Shown piece after piece: positions 28,059 through 37,121 of a stretch of DNA of 64,000 nucleotides; position 1 is the stretch's first letter; each line of letters begins with the position of its first letter. The notes under the pieces were generated by a model. It ran no database searches, was not told where the DNA came from, and worked only from the letters and a program-made list of their open reading frames with translations. The translations under genes were made by a program, and so were the position numbers. Source of the stretch: an uncultured Aquihabitans sp. (GTDB lineage: Bacteria; Actinomycetota; Acidimicrobiia; Acidimicrobiales; Microtrichaceae); NCBI GenBank assembly GCA_964575165.1, contig CAZNQK010000003.1, positions 10,860 through 74,859 of the forward strand, read 5' to 3'.

Positions 28059-29606
28059 ATGGCCCCCGCTGCCCACCGTCCCTCCGTCGGTCCCGGCGGC
28101 GAACCCGAGCGGGACACCCACGATCCGATCACCGATGTCGCGGTCGAGGCGCCGGGCGTAGACGAGGAGGCGGTCGTCCCGTGGTCGATGCTGCTGCGTC
28201 GCTCGTTCAGCCGGGGTGCATCTGACGAGAGGCGCGACGGGAGCCGGAACGCATGGCTCGTCACCTGGACGGTGCTGTTCGGGGCGTTCTGGGTCTCGAG
28301 CACGATCACGATCCTCGCAGTCAGCCGACCGGCCATCGCAGCTGACCTCGGGGCGTCGGTGGAGTCGCTCGTCTGGCTGATCTCGGGTCCGACGATCGCG
28401 GTGGCCCTCACCGGCACCACAGCCGGGAAGCTGGGCGACCTGCACGGTCACCGGCGCGTCTACCTGATCGGCATGTCGGGGGCGACCGCCTTCGTGGCAC
28501 TAACCGCGCTGGCGTGGTCGGGGCCGTCGCTCATCGCGTTCCGCGTCCTCGGTGCGACGATCGGTGCGGCGACCGGACCCAGCTCTCTGGCCCTGATCAA
28601 CCGGATGTTCCCACCCGATCGGCGCTCCCGTGCCCTCGGCTTCTGGTCGCTCGTGGTGGCGGGCGGACCCGTCGTCGGACTGGTCGCCGGCGGCCCGCTC
28701 GTCGACGCGTTCGGCTGGCGGGTCATCTTCGCCGTCCAGGCGCCGTTGCTCGCCGTGGCGACTGTCGTCGCCTGGATCGTGCTGCCCGAGACGGAGCGCC
28801 GCGACGGCGTCCACTTCGATCTGCGTGGCCAGCTGTGGCTGGCCCTCACGCTCGCTGGACTGCTGTTCGGGATCGACCGGGCAGCCGCGTGGGGCATTGC
28901 GAACCCCTGGGTGCTGGGCTCCTTCCTGCTCGTGCCTGTCGGCCTCGCGCTCTTCGTGCGGGTCGAGCGCCGTGTAGCGCACCCGCTGATCCCGTTGCAG
29001 TGGTTCCGCCGCCGCAGCTTCGCCGTGCCGGTCGGGTCGTCCTTCTTCATGCAGTTCGGCTACATGGGTGGGTTCATCCTGACACCCCTGCTGCTCGAGG
29101 AGGTCAGAGGACTCGATGCCGGAGTCGTCGCTCTGATCATGGTGCCGAGACCGCTCACGTTCGCGATCGCAGGTCCGCTCGCGGGATTCCTCGTCGGGCG
29201 GGTGTCGACCCGTTCGACGATCGTGGCCGGCAGCGTGTCGTTGACGGTGTCGATGGCGTTGTTCGCCCTCATAGCGCAGGATCCGACGACCGCCCTGGTG
29301 GTTGCAGCGCTCACGTTGTCGGGCATCGGCGTCGGAGCCGCTCAGCCGGCGATCGCGTCGTCGGTGGCCAATTCGGTCGACAACCGTGACCTGGGCATCG
29401 CGGGGGCGACGCAGCAGCTCGTCTCGCAGGTCGGCACGACCCTCGGCATGAACGTCCTCGGGGCGGTGGAGCTCGTGACGAGGGACGCCGCATCGCCGGG
29501 GTCCTCTTACGCTCTCGCTTACGGGGTCGGGGCGGTGGTGACCGGTGTCGGCGTCGTGCTGTCGTTGTGGATGCCCCGGATGGACGCGACGAGGGCCCGC
29601 GCCTGA
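28059..29606 (+). CDS. MFS transporter, DHA2 (EmrB/QacA-like, 14-TM) family
   Basis: ISGPTIAVALTGTTAGKLGDLHGHRRVYLIG and GPVVGLVAGGPLVDAFGWRVIFAVQAP signatures, with ~14 hydrophobic segments. ATG 28188 is a plausible alternative start. Confidence 0.75.
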   Translation: MAPAAHRPSVGPGGEPERDTHDPITDVAVEAPGVDEEAVVPWSMLLRRSFSRGASDERRDGSRNAWLVTWTVLFGAFWVSSTITILAVSRPAIAADLGASVESLVWLISGPTIAVALTGTTAGKLGDLHGHRRVYLIGMSGATAFVALTALAWSGPSLIAFRVLGATIGAATGPSSLALINRMFPPDRRSRALGFWSLVVAGGPVVGLVAGGPLVDAFGWRVIFAVQAPLLAVATVVAWIVLPETERRDGVHFDLRGQLWLALTLAGLLFGIDRAAAWGIANPWVLGSFLLVPVGLALFVRVERRVAHPLIPLQWFRRRSFAVPVGSSFFMQFGYMGGFILTPLLLEEVRGLDAGVVALIMVPRPLTFAIAGPLAGFLVGRVSTRSTIVAGSVSLTVSMALFALIAQDPTTALVVAALTLSGIGVGAAQPAIASSVANSVDNRDLGIAGATQQLVSQVGTTLGMNVLGAVELVTRDAASPGSSYALAYGVGAVVTGVGVVLSLWMPRMDATRARA

Positions 29607-29621
29607 CGGGCGGGCCCTCGT
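29589..29621 (+). terminator. GC-rich hairpin spanning the MFS stop codon (12-bp stem ACGAGGGCCCGC / GCGGGCCCTCGT)
   Basis: Read in the sequence. Sits between convergent genes and has no clear U-tract. Confidence 0.4.
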
Positions 29622-29654
29622 TCGAGGTTGCTCGGGATCAGGTGATCCGGGCTG

Positions 29655-30071
29655 CTACTCGGTGATCTCCTGGATCCGCTCGGCGACCTTGGCTGCGTTC
29701 TCGTCGATCGCGCCGCTCTGCTGCATCGCCATGAGCTTGGTCATGTCGCCCTGCACCTTGACCTTGCCGGCCATGAACGCCTGCATCCCGGCCTGCGGGT
29801 TGCCCTCGACGATGATCGCCATGGCCGTCACGTAGTCCAACGTCACGGTGAGGTCGGGGTTCTCGAGGTGGCCGAGATCCATCTTGAGGTCACCTTCGGT
29901 GGTGTCCATGTGGGCCTCGATCGTGCCGTCGCCGAACGGCACCTCGGTGACGATCTGGTTCATCCGCACGGAGTGTGCCGGTGCCGCCGCGGCGGCCTCC
30001 TCGCCGAACTCCTCGCGGATCTTCTTGGCCTCGTTGATCCACTCCTCGGAGAGGAACTTGTACTTGGGCAC
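29655..30071 (-). CDS. SCP2 sterol/lipid-carrier domain protein
   Basis: MPKYKFLSEEWINEAKKIREEF...DLTVTLDYVTAMAIIVEGNPQAGMQAFMAGKVKVQGDMTKLMAMQ matches the SCP2 C-terminal pattern (GKLKIxGDMxxAMKL-like). Confidence 0.8.
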   Translation of the reverse strand: MPKYKFLSEEWINEAKKIREEFGEEAAAAAPAHSVRMNQIVTEVPFGDGTIEAHMDTTEGDLKMDLGHLENPDLTVTLDYVTAMAIIVEGNPQAGMQAFMAGKVKVQGDMTKLMAMQQSGAIDENAAKVAERIQEITE

Positions 30072-30327
30072 GATGGCCCCCCTTCATCCGTCTCGACCCG
30101 ACCGGACGCACCCGGTCCCGAGGGAACGGAATGCGACCGCACATCGCCGGTGACCGCCCGCCGCGGGCGGCGAGCGCGTACCGTAGTGGGTGGCGTCGCT
30201 GTTGCACACCCTTCGGGTCGTGGCCGTCCGTCACCTGAGACGGTTGACCGGATGGGATTCGGGAGCGATCGACTCCGATCGAGGTGGCGGTACGTTTGGC
30301 GGGACCCGACCAGGAGCACCACGCAGC

Positions 30328-31929
30328 GTGTCCGATCCACACCCTCCGTATCCCCAGGGCCCACCGCCCGACGCCTGGGCGCCACCGTCGGCCCCGCCGC
30401 CCGGTGCCTGGGCGCCGCCGCCCGCCGGGTGGACACCGCCGTACGTACCGCAACAGCAGCCGGCCGACCGGCAACTGCGTGATCCGAAACGACCCGGGAT
30501 GGGGCGGGGTGCCAAGGTCGCCATCGCCGTTCTCGTCGTGGCGATCGTCGGTCTCGCGCTCGTCGGCGTCGTCGTCTCGGTGGGTGGGGACGACTCGGCG
30601 ACCGTCGAGGCAGGCCCGAGTCCGGCGTTGTCGGCGGACGAGCAGCGCACCGTGCGGCCCGAGGCAACGCCGGCCGCGGCCTCGAGGCTCCAGGTCGAGG
30701 GGAGCTCGGAAGGCCCTGACGGCGAGGCGATGCGCGTCGCCATCGCGGATGTGGATGCCTTCTGGTCCCGGACGTTCGAGCGGACTTTCGACGCCGACTA
30801 CGAGACGGTCTCCGGAGGTTTCTACGCGGTCACGGACTCCGACTCGAGCGTGCCGTGCACAGACGACCCGTCGCAGGTGGAGGGCAACGCCTTCTACTGC
30901 CCGACGGAGGACGTGGTGGCCTGGGACGCCGACGGACTGATCCCCCACATGGTGGACAACTACGGGCCTCTCGGCTTGGGCCTCGTGATCGCCCACGAGT
31001 GGGGCCACGCTGTGCAGATGCGCGCGGGGGAGTCGGAGCAGACCCCGGTCCTCGTGCTGGAGCAGCAGGCCGACTGCTATGCGGGGGCGTGGGTCGCTGA
31101 CGTGCGCTCCGGCGGATCGAAGCGGTGGTTCGTCGTCGACGACCGGACGCTCGACCTGGCTCTGGCCGGTTTCCTCGAACTGCGTGACACGCCGGGGATG
31201 ACCAGGCAGGACGCCGGCGCCCACGGGACCGCGTTCGACCGCATGAGGGCGTTTCAGGAGGGCATGGACGACGGAGCAGGCGCCTGCGGCTACACGGCGG
31301 ACGCCCTGGCGCCACGTCTCGTCGACATCCCCTTCCTCAACTCGGCCGACTACAGCTCGGGCGGCAACCTGCCCCTCCAGGATTCGTTCGATCTCACCGC
31401 CGCCGATCTGGAGGACTTCTGGAGTGCCGCCTGGAGCGAGGTCGGAGGGCGCGGGTCGTTCGACCCGCCGGAGCTCGAGGTGTTCACGGACGGGCAGGCG
31501 CCGTCGTGCGACGACCGGATCGGCCTCTCGGGCGAGGTGTTCTACTGCCCGTCGGGCAACCGACTCGCCGTCCAGGAGGACGGCGTGGTGGCGAAGCTGC
31601 ACGGGACGATCGGGGACTTCGCTCTCGGAGAGGTTCTGGGTTCCGCGTACTCCTTGGCGGCGATGCACCAGCTCGACGCGCTCGCGGGTCCCCGAGCGGC
31701 GGTGATCCGCAGGGCGGACTGCCTCGCAGGTGCGTGGTCGGCATCGGTGTTCTCGGGGAATCGTCCCTCCGCCTCGCTCCAGCTCTCGCCTGGTGACCTG
31801 GACGAGGCCGTCGCCGCGTTGCTGGCCACAGCGGTCAACGGCAAGGCCTCGGCGACCGGGAGCGGGTCGGATCGGGTCGCGGCCTATCGTGACGGGTTCA
31901 TGAACGGATCCGAGGCCTGTCTGGGCTGA
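30328..31929 (+). CDS. Putative neutral zinc metallopeptidase (YpfJ/PF04228-like) with Pro-rich N-terminus, one TM and an internal degenerate duplication
   Basis: FWSRTFERTF...NAFYCPTEDVVAWD...LVIAHEWGHAVQ (HExxH). A second copy, FWSAAWSEV...EVFYCPSGNRLAV...SLAAMHQL, lacks HExxH. GTG 30328 (AGGAG 11 nt upstream) is preferred over ATG 30190. Confidence 0.7.
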   Translation: MSDPHPPYPQGPPPDAWAPPSAPPPGAWAPPPAGWTPPYVPQQQPADRQLRDPKRPGMGRGAKVAIAVLVVAIVGLALVGVVVSVGGDDSATVEAGPSPALSADEQRTVRPEATPAAASRLQVEGSSEGPDGEAMRVAIADVDAFWSRTFERTFDADYETVSGGFYAVTDSDSSVPCTDDPSQVEGNAFYCPTEDVVAWDADGLIPHMVDNYGPLGLGLVIAHEWGHAVQMRAGESEQTPVLVLEQQADCYAGAWVADVRSGGSKRWFVVDDRTLDLALAGFLELRDTPGMTRQDAGAHGTAFDRMRAFQEGMDDGAGACGYTADALAPRLVDIPFLNSADYSSGGNLPLQDSFDLTAADLEDFWSAAWSEVGGRGSFDPPELEVFTDGQAPSCDDRIGLSGEVFYCPSGNRLAVQEDGVVAKLHGTIGDFALGEVLGSAYSLAAMHQLDALAGPRAAVIRRADCLAGAWSASVFSGNRPSASLQLSPGDLDEAVAALLATAVNGKASATGSGSDRVAAYRDGFMNGSEACLG

Positions 31930-31956
31930 CGGTCCACGAACCTGGAGGTCACCGGC

Positions 31957-32709
31957 ATGAGCGAGTACCCGATCATCCCCGGAGCGGAGCCGTTCAGCTC
32001 GTCCGGCGGTCCGGTGGGCGTGCTCGTCCTGCACGGCTTCACCGGCAACCCCAGCTCGATGCGGCCGCTCGCCGAGGCGTTCGCCGCAGCGGGTCACACG
32101 GTCGAGCTGCCACGCCTGCCCGGACACGGCACGACCGTCGAGGACATGCTCACCACCACCTGGTCCGACTGGTCCGCTGCGGCCGAGGAGGCCCTGATCG
32201 ATCTCCGGTCACGCACGGAGAAGGTCGTCGTCTCCGGATTGTCGATGGGTGGGTCGCTCACGTGCTGGCTCGCCACCCGTCACCCCGAGCTGGCGGGGAT
32301 CATCTGCGTCAACCCGGCGGTGGCCCCCCAGCCCGACATGCTGGCCGTGGTGACCGAGCTGATCGCCGCCGGTCAGACCACGATGGACGGGATCGGCTCC
32401 GATGTCGCTGATCCCGACGTGGTCGAGTCGGCCTACGAACAGACGCCGCTGCCGCCGCTCGTGAGCATGTTCGAGGTGTCCGAGGGGATCGTGGCGGAGC
32501 TCGGCAGCATCGAGTGCCCACTCCTTCTCTTCACCAGCCCCCAGGACCACGTCGTGCCGCCCGCCGACAGCGACCTTCTGGCCGGCGCGGTGTCGGGTCC
32601 CGTCGAGCGGGTGAGCTGTGATCGGAGCTTCCACGTCGCGACGATCGACCTCGACAAGGACCTGATCATCGAGCGGTCCCTGGAGTTCGTCGCCCGCGTC
32701 ACCGCCTGA
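31957..32709 (+). CDS. Alpha/beta-hydrolase (carboxylesterase / monoacylglycerol-lipase-like)
   Basis: LVLHGFTGNPSSMRPLA, the nucleophile elbow GLSMGGS, and a C-terminal D...H (SFHVAT). GGAGG lies upstream of the ATG. Confidence 0.8.
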   Translation: MSEYPIIPGAEPFSSSGGPVGVLVLHGFTGNPSSMRPLAEAFAAAGHTVELPRLPGHGTTVEDMLTTTWSDWSAAAEEALIDLRSRTEKVVVSGLSMGGSLTCWLATRHPELAGIICVNPAVAPQPDMLAVVTELIAAGQTTMDGIGSDVADPDVVESAYEQTPLPPLVSMFEVSEGIVAELGSIECPLLLFTSPQDHVVPPADSDLLAGAVSGPVERVSCDRSFHVATIDLDKDLIIERSLEFVARVTA

Positions 32710-32719
32710 GCAACCGACG

Positions 32720-32766
32720 TTCTGTGTGTATCTCACGTCGCCAGGCGACGTGAGATACACACAGAA
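32720..32766. repeat. Palindromic repeat family B, copy B1 (23-bp perfect stem, 1-nt centre)
   Basis: TTCTGTGTGTATCTCACGTCGCC-A-GGCGACGTGAGATACACACAGAA lies 11 nt after the esterase stop. It is AT-enriched relative to its surroundings. Confidence 0.8.
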
Positions 32767-32796
32767 TCCGGAGAGGGACGGGTTCCTGCACGCGCA

Positions 32797-32824
32797 GAGA
32801 GCTGGTGCGGTCGCACCAGCTCTC
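32797..32824. terminator. 13-bp hairpin (GAGAGCTGGTGCG-GT-CGCACCAGCTCTC) between convergent genes
   Basis: Read in the sequence. Lies 39 nt beyond the stop of the minus-strand LAFTG gene. Confidence 0.4.
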
Positions 32825-32862
32825 GACGGACGTTCTATGTGATGCCCCGTGAGGGGCGACGA

Positions 32863-33201
32863 TCAGGCCTGAGCCGTGCGACGACGGGCCACCAGGATGG
32901 CAGCACCGGCGACGATGGCGACCCCACCGATCATCGACAGGACGAGCACGTCGCTGCCCGTGAAGGCGAGAGACGAGGCAGGAGCCTCGGCGGTCGCAGC
33001 CTCGGCCGACGCACCTGCGGACGCGGCGCCCGCAGAGGCCGGCGACTTGGAGAGGTCGGCGTTGCTCACTTCAGAGTACGTCTCCGAACCCGAGGCCGGG
33101 TAGTTCGTGTTGTCGTCCTGCGCACCGGCGATGCCGGACAACGCGAAGACCGATCCCAGGAGAGCGGAAACCACCAGCAGTAGTCGAATACTTTTTCGCA
33201 T
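32863..33201 (-). CDS. Small sortase-anchored surface protein (LAFTG sorting signal)
   Basis: Signal peptide MRKSIRLLLVVSALLGSVFALSGIAGA, a ~55-aa Ser/Ala/acidic mature part, then LAFTG + hydrophobic segment + RRRTAQA tail (LAxTG = class E sortase motif). TAGGGT sits 6 nt upstream of the ATG. Confidence 0.75.
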   Translation of the reverse strand: MRKSIRLLLVVSALLGSVFALSGIAGAQDDNTNYPASGSETYSEVSNADLSKSPASAGAASAGASAEAATAEAPASSLAFTGSDVLVLSMIGGVAIVAGAAILVARRRTAQA

Positions 33202-33271
33202 GACATCACCCTAGCAGTGCGCCGACGGGACATCAGCCATGCCGTTGTACCCAATTGCTGGTGCCGCTGAT

Positions 33272-33310
33272 AGGCCGTTCGGCCCAGGGTCTCGACGGCC
33301 GAACAGGCCT
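33272..33310 (-). terminator. Hairpin (13 bp with one bulge) at the 3' end of the DUF4012 gene
   Basis: AGGCCGTTCGGCC ... GGCCGAACAGGCCT was read on the plus strand and overlaps the stop codon of the minus-strand gene. Confidence 0.35.
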
Positions 33311-35235
33311 CAGTCGCCCTCGGCGTCGAGTCGCACCGTGTGGGGGGTGTTGTCGAGCCACGTCTCCGGGCTCGTGTCGCCAACCGGACCGGCGAACCAC
33401 TTGGTGGCTGGGACCCGGCCGGAGGCGAGGACCTGGATCGCGGGCAGGGCGTCGGGCACGTCGAACTCGAAGGTGATGGTGGTGCTGTCGCCCCGCAGCA
33501 GGCTCACCTTGGTCACCAGCGAACGGCTCGGTCCGTCCTCACCGCTGCGGAACAGCTCGGCTCCAGAGGTCGTCGGTGAGGTGGCGGTCCTGGGGATCGT
33601 CAACTGCACCATTCCGAGGTACTGGCCGGGTTGGGCGTCGAGTCCCGGGTAGGGGCCCTGGACGTAGCGTGGGAGGCCACGTGCCGGTGTGTCGTTCGTG
33701 ATCTGCACCTCGACCGACACGTGCGTCCGGCCGTCCTGAGGAGTCCAGGTCATGTCGGACCTGACCTTGAGGAACTGGTCGAGCTTGTTCCCTCCGGTGT
33801 TCATCACCGACAGGAGCATGTCGTCCTGGAGGACGATGCCCGAGGTTCCGAGTGCCTCCCATCCGGCCTGCTGGACCGGATCGGAGGACCACATCATCAG
33901 GTGCCGGCCACGACCCGACGACTGCAACGCCCGGAGAAGCCGGCCGGGGGTGTAGGCGCGGTCGTTGAGGGCGGAGAACACGGCTTGGCCCACGCCTGAG
34001 AGGCGGTCACGGCGTTCGTCCTTCTCGGAGTCGAAGGAGATGTACTGCTGGAGCAGCAGGTCCTTGACGACGCTCTTGGCCGACACGGTGGACACCGTTC
34101 CGTCGGGATCCGTCACCTCGACGGGGCCGGTCAGCTCGAGAAGGCGCTTGAGGCCGACCACGTCGAGGGCGATCACCCCGTCCACCGGTGGGTGGCCGGA
34201 GGCCTCCCACATCTCGGAGGCCATCCTCGCGCTCTCCTCGAACCTCGGAGTGGGGTTGAGGTTCCGCCACTCGGTCGCGGGCGACAACCAGTCCCAGAGC
34301 GCGGCAACGTCCGGGTCGACGGTGGCCCCGGGCGAGTCGAGCACCATCTCGGCCGTCGGCTCCAGTGGCGACAGCGTGAACCGCCCCTCCTCCACGGTGA
34401 GCTCACCGGCCTGGAGGAACATGCCGGAGCCGGCGCGCATCTCGGCGTTGTTCGCGGCGAGAACTAGGTACCGGGTCGGTCCGGTCATGAAAACGTCGAC
34501 GCCGGTGACGGCGGCCTGTGCCCTTCCAAGGGTGTCGCGGAGCTGGTCCTGCTCGTTCACGAACCGCTGCCGGGCATCGGCGAGCCGTCCGAACAGACCC
34601 TCGTCCGGTCCCAGGTCGAGCCCGTCGACGTCGTTCGAGAACTGATCGAGGGCCGCCTTGGTCCGGCGGCCCGCATCGAGTCGCTCGGCGGCGGTCTGCG
34701 GAGTCGTGGCAGCGATCTCCGACATCTCGGCGAAGCTGGTCCGGGCGCTCGAGGTGGTGGTGGCGGCGGCATCGCTCATCGCCGCCACCGAGCGGATCTG
34801 ACGACCGATCACCGGTAGCACCCTCAGGGGAGCCACGATCGGTGAGGTGGTGGCGCTGTGGGCGGAGCGGAACGCATCCGTAGCGTCGGCCAGGTCGAGG
34901 TCCACCTGGTTCGACTGGGGGCTGTCGGGGACGCTGACCGAGTCGACGAACGACACCAGGCTCCCGGTCGAGATCTCGCGCACCCGTGCCATGGCGTCGA
35001 TCCCGCGGCTGGCCGACGATGCTCCCGAGATCAACAGGATCCCTGCGATGACGAGCCAGATGACGACCGCGGCGACCACCAGCGAGATCACCAACCCGCG
35101 CCGACGGGGCCGCTGTTGATCCTCGGCCTCCGCGGGAGGAGCCACCCCTGCGTGCCCGTTCGGGCTGGGGTCGGTGTCGTCGCGACCGGAGGGCGGCTCC
35201 GGTCCGGCGTCGGGCTGATCGGATTCGTCCGGCAC
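33310..35235 (-). CDS. DUF4012-type membrane-anchored extracytoplasmic protein
   Basis: Acidic/Pro-rich N-terminus, one TM (LVISLVVAAVVIWLVIAGILLISGA), then GPTRYLVLAANNAEMRAGSGMFLQAGELTVEEGRF, which I recognise as the DUF4012 core. GTG 35235 lies 8 nt after a TAGCGT hexamer; the upstream part of the 808-aa ORF was rejected. Confidence 0.7.
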   Translation of the reverse strand: MPDESDQPDAGPEPPSGRDDTDPSPNGHAGVAPPAEAEDQQRPRRRGLVISLVVAAVVIWLVIAGILLISGASSASRGIDAMARVREISTGSLVSFVDSVSVPDSPQSNQVDLDLADATDAFRSAHSATTSPIVAPLRVLPVIGRQIRSVAAMSDAAATTTSSARTSFAEMSEIAATTPQTAAERLDAGRRTKAALDQFSNDVDGLDLGPDEGLFGRLADARQRFVNEQDQLRDTLGRAQAAVTGVDVFMTGPTRYLVLAANNAEMRAGSGMFLQAGELTVEEGRFTLSPLEPTAEMVLDSPGATVDPDVAALWDWLSPATEWRNLNPTPRFEESARMASEMWEASGHPPVDGVIALDVVGLKRLLELTGPVEVTDPDGTVSTVSAKSVVKDLLLQQYISFDSEKDERRDRLSGVGQAVFSALNDRAYTPGRLLRALQSSGRGRHLMMWSSDPVQQAGWEALGTSGIVLQDDMLLSVMNTGGNKLDQFLKVRSDMTWTPQDGRTHVSVEVQITNDTPARGLPRYVQGPYPGLDAQPGQYLGMVQLTIPRTATSPTTSGAELFRSGEDGPSRSLVTKVSLLRGDSTTITFEFDVPDALPAIQVLASGRVPATKWFAGPVGDTSPETWLDNTPHTVRLDAEGD

Positions 35236-35340
35236 GACGGAACACGCTATCGGCGCCGTCGTCGAATCGGCCGCCAACCGGTCATCGTGTCCACGGAGGA
35301 TGATCGGGCCCTCGGGAGTCGTCGGTAGTGTCTGGCCCCG

Positions 35341-35643
35341 ATGGAGCCCCGCATCACCACCGACGACGTCGCGAAGGTGGCCCGACTGGCCCGCCTCCGA
35401 CTCACCGAGGACGAGCTCGACCGCTTCACCCACCAGCTCTCCGACATCCTCGACCACGCCGCCGACATCGAGTCCCTCGACCTCGACGGGGTCGATCCGA
35501 TGGCGCAGCCGGTTCCGCTCACGAACGTGCTGCGTGCCGACGTCGCGGTGGAGGCGCTGGATCGCGACGAGGTGCTCGCGTCGGCGCCGGCCGCTGAGGA
35601 CGGCCGGTTCCGGGTCCCGCCGGTCCTCGGGGAGGCACCGTGA
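35341..35643 (+). CDS. gatC: Asp/Glu-tRNA amidotransferase subunit C
   Basis: [36 protein letters not shown] is the typical GatC sequence. Coupled to gatA (GTGA). Confidence 0.85.
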   Translation: MEPRITTDDVAKVARLARLRLTEDELDRFTHQLSDILDHAADIESLDLDGVDPMAQPVPLTNVLRADVAVEALDRDEVLASAPAAEDGRFRVPPVLGEAP

Positions 35644-37121
35644 ACGTCCGGTCCGTGGTGGAGATCGCCACGGCGGTCCGCTCCGGTGAGCTGAGCGCGC
35701 TCGCGGTCCTCGACGCCCATCTCGAGCAGGTCGCACTCCGGGAATCGGACATCCACGCCTTCAACCTCCTCGACGAGTCCTCCGCCCGGGAGCAGGCTCG
35801 AGCGGTCGATCGGCGCGTCGCCGGCGGCGAGGATCCCGGAGCGTTGGCCGGGGTGCCGGTCGCGCTCAAGGACAACCTCTGCACCCGCGGCGTGGCGACG
35901 ACCTGCTCGTCGAGGATCCTCGAAGGGTGGATCCCGCCGTACGACGCCACCGTGGTGTCCAGGCTCTCCGCTGCGGGAGCGGTGGCTGTCGGCAAGACGA
36001 ACCTCGACGAGTTCGCCATGGGCTCGTCGACCGAGAACTCGGCGTTCGGCCCCACCCGCAACCCCCACGACCTGTCCCGGGTGCCGGGCGGCTCGTCCGG
36101 AGGGTCGGCTGCGGCCGTGGCTGCCGGTTTCGTACCGCTGTCGCTCGGCTCCGACACCGGCGGGTCGATCCGACAGCCGGCGGCGCTGTGCGGCGTCGTC
36201 GGGGTCAAGCCAACCTACGGGACGGTGTCCAGACTCGGTCTGGTGGCTTTCGGTTCCTCGCTCGACCAGATCGGTCCCTTCGCGACGACCGTGGCCGATG
36301 CGGCTCTCGTGCTCGAGGTGATCGGCGGCCACGACCCCGGTGACTCGACGTCGCTACCTCGACCGTTCCCGAACGTGTCGGAGCACCTCGACGACGGGGT
36401 AGACGGGCTCCGGGTCGGGATCGTCACCGAGATGATGGGGGAGGGGATCGCGCCCGACGTCGCTGCCCGGGTGCGGGCGGCGGCTGAGGCGCTCGCTGCC
36501 GCGGGCGCAACCGTTGACGACGTGTCGATCCCGGCGGTGACCTACGGGCTGTCCGCCTACTACCTGGTGGCCCCGGCCGAGGCCAGCTCGAACCTGGCTC
36601 GCTACGACGGAGTCCGCTACGGGCTGCGGGTCGAGGCTCCCACCACCGGCGAGATGATGGAGGCCACCCGGACCGCCGGTTTCGGCGACGAGGTCAAGCG
36701 GCGCATCATGCTGGGCACGTACGCCCTGTCCGCCGGCTACTACGACGCCTTCTACGGGAAGGCGCTCAGGGTTCGGACGTTGATCCGCAACGACTTCGAC
36801 ACCGCCTACGAACGCGTCGACGTGCTGATCTCGCCGACATCGCCGACCACGGCGTTCCGCTTCGGTGACAAGACCGCCGATCCGCTGTCGATGTACCTGA
36901 ACGACGTGTGCACGATCCCGAGCAACCTGGCGGGCCATCCGGCGATGTCGGTGCCGTTCGGCGTGGGCGACGACGGACTGCCCGTCGGCGTCCAGATCCT
37001 TGCCCCGGCATTGGGTGAGGCGACCATGTTCCGGACCGCAGCGGTGCTCGAGGCGGCGGCCTCGGGGTCGGGTTCGGTTGCCGGGCCCGGTGCGGGAGTC
37101 GACGAGGAGGCGGAGCGATGA
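35640..37121 (+). CDS. gatA: Asp/Glu-tRNA amidotransferase subunit A
   Basis: Amidase signature [14 protein letters not shown]...[25 protein letters not shown]. Confidence 0.9.
   Translation: MNVRSVVEIATAVRSGELSALAVLDAHLEQVALRESDIHAFNLLDESSAREQARAVDRRVAGGEDPGALAGVPVALKDNLCTRGVATTCSSRILEGWIPPYDATVVSRLSAAGAVAVGKTNLDEFAMGSSTENSAFGPTRNPHDLSRVPGGSSGGSAAAVAAGFVPLSLGSDTGGSIRQPAALCGVVGVKPTYGTVSRLGLVAFGSSLDQIGPFATTVADAALVLEVIGGHDPGDSTSLPRPFPNVSEHLDDGVDGLRVGIVTEMMGEGIAPDVAARVRAAAEALAAAGATVDDVSIPAVTYGLSAYYLVAPAEASSNLARYDGVRYGLRVEAPTTGEMMEATRTAGFGDEVKRRIMLGTYALSAGYYDAFYGKALRVRTLIRNDFDTAYERVDVLISPTSPTTAFRFGDKTADPLSMYLNDVCTIPSNLAGHPAMSVPFGVGDDGLPVGVQILAPALGEATMFRTAAVLEAAASGSGSVAGPGAGVDEEAER

Noticed and set aside
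33275-33304. CCGTTC/GAACGG hexamer recurring in many hairpins (33275, 38553-38640, 56782, 57264, 57309, 57329) as a unifying motif.
   Set aside because: A 6-mer of this composition is expected many times by chance in 64 kb of GC-rich DNA. I report it only as context inside specific findings, not as an independent signal.
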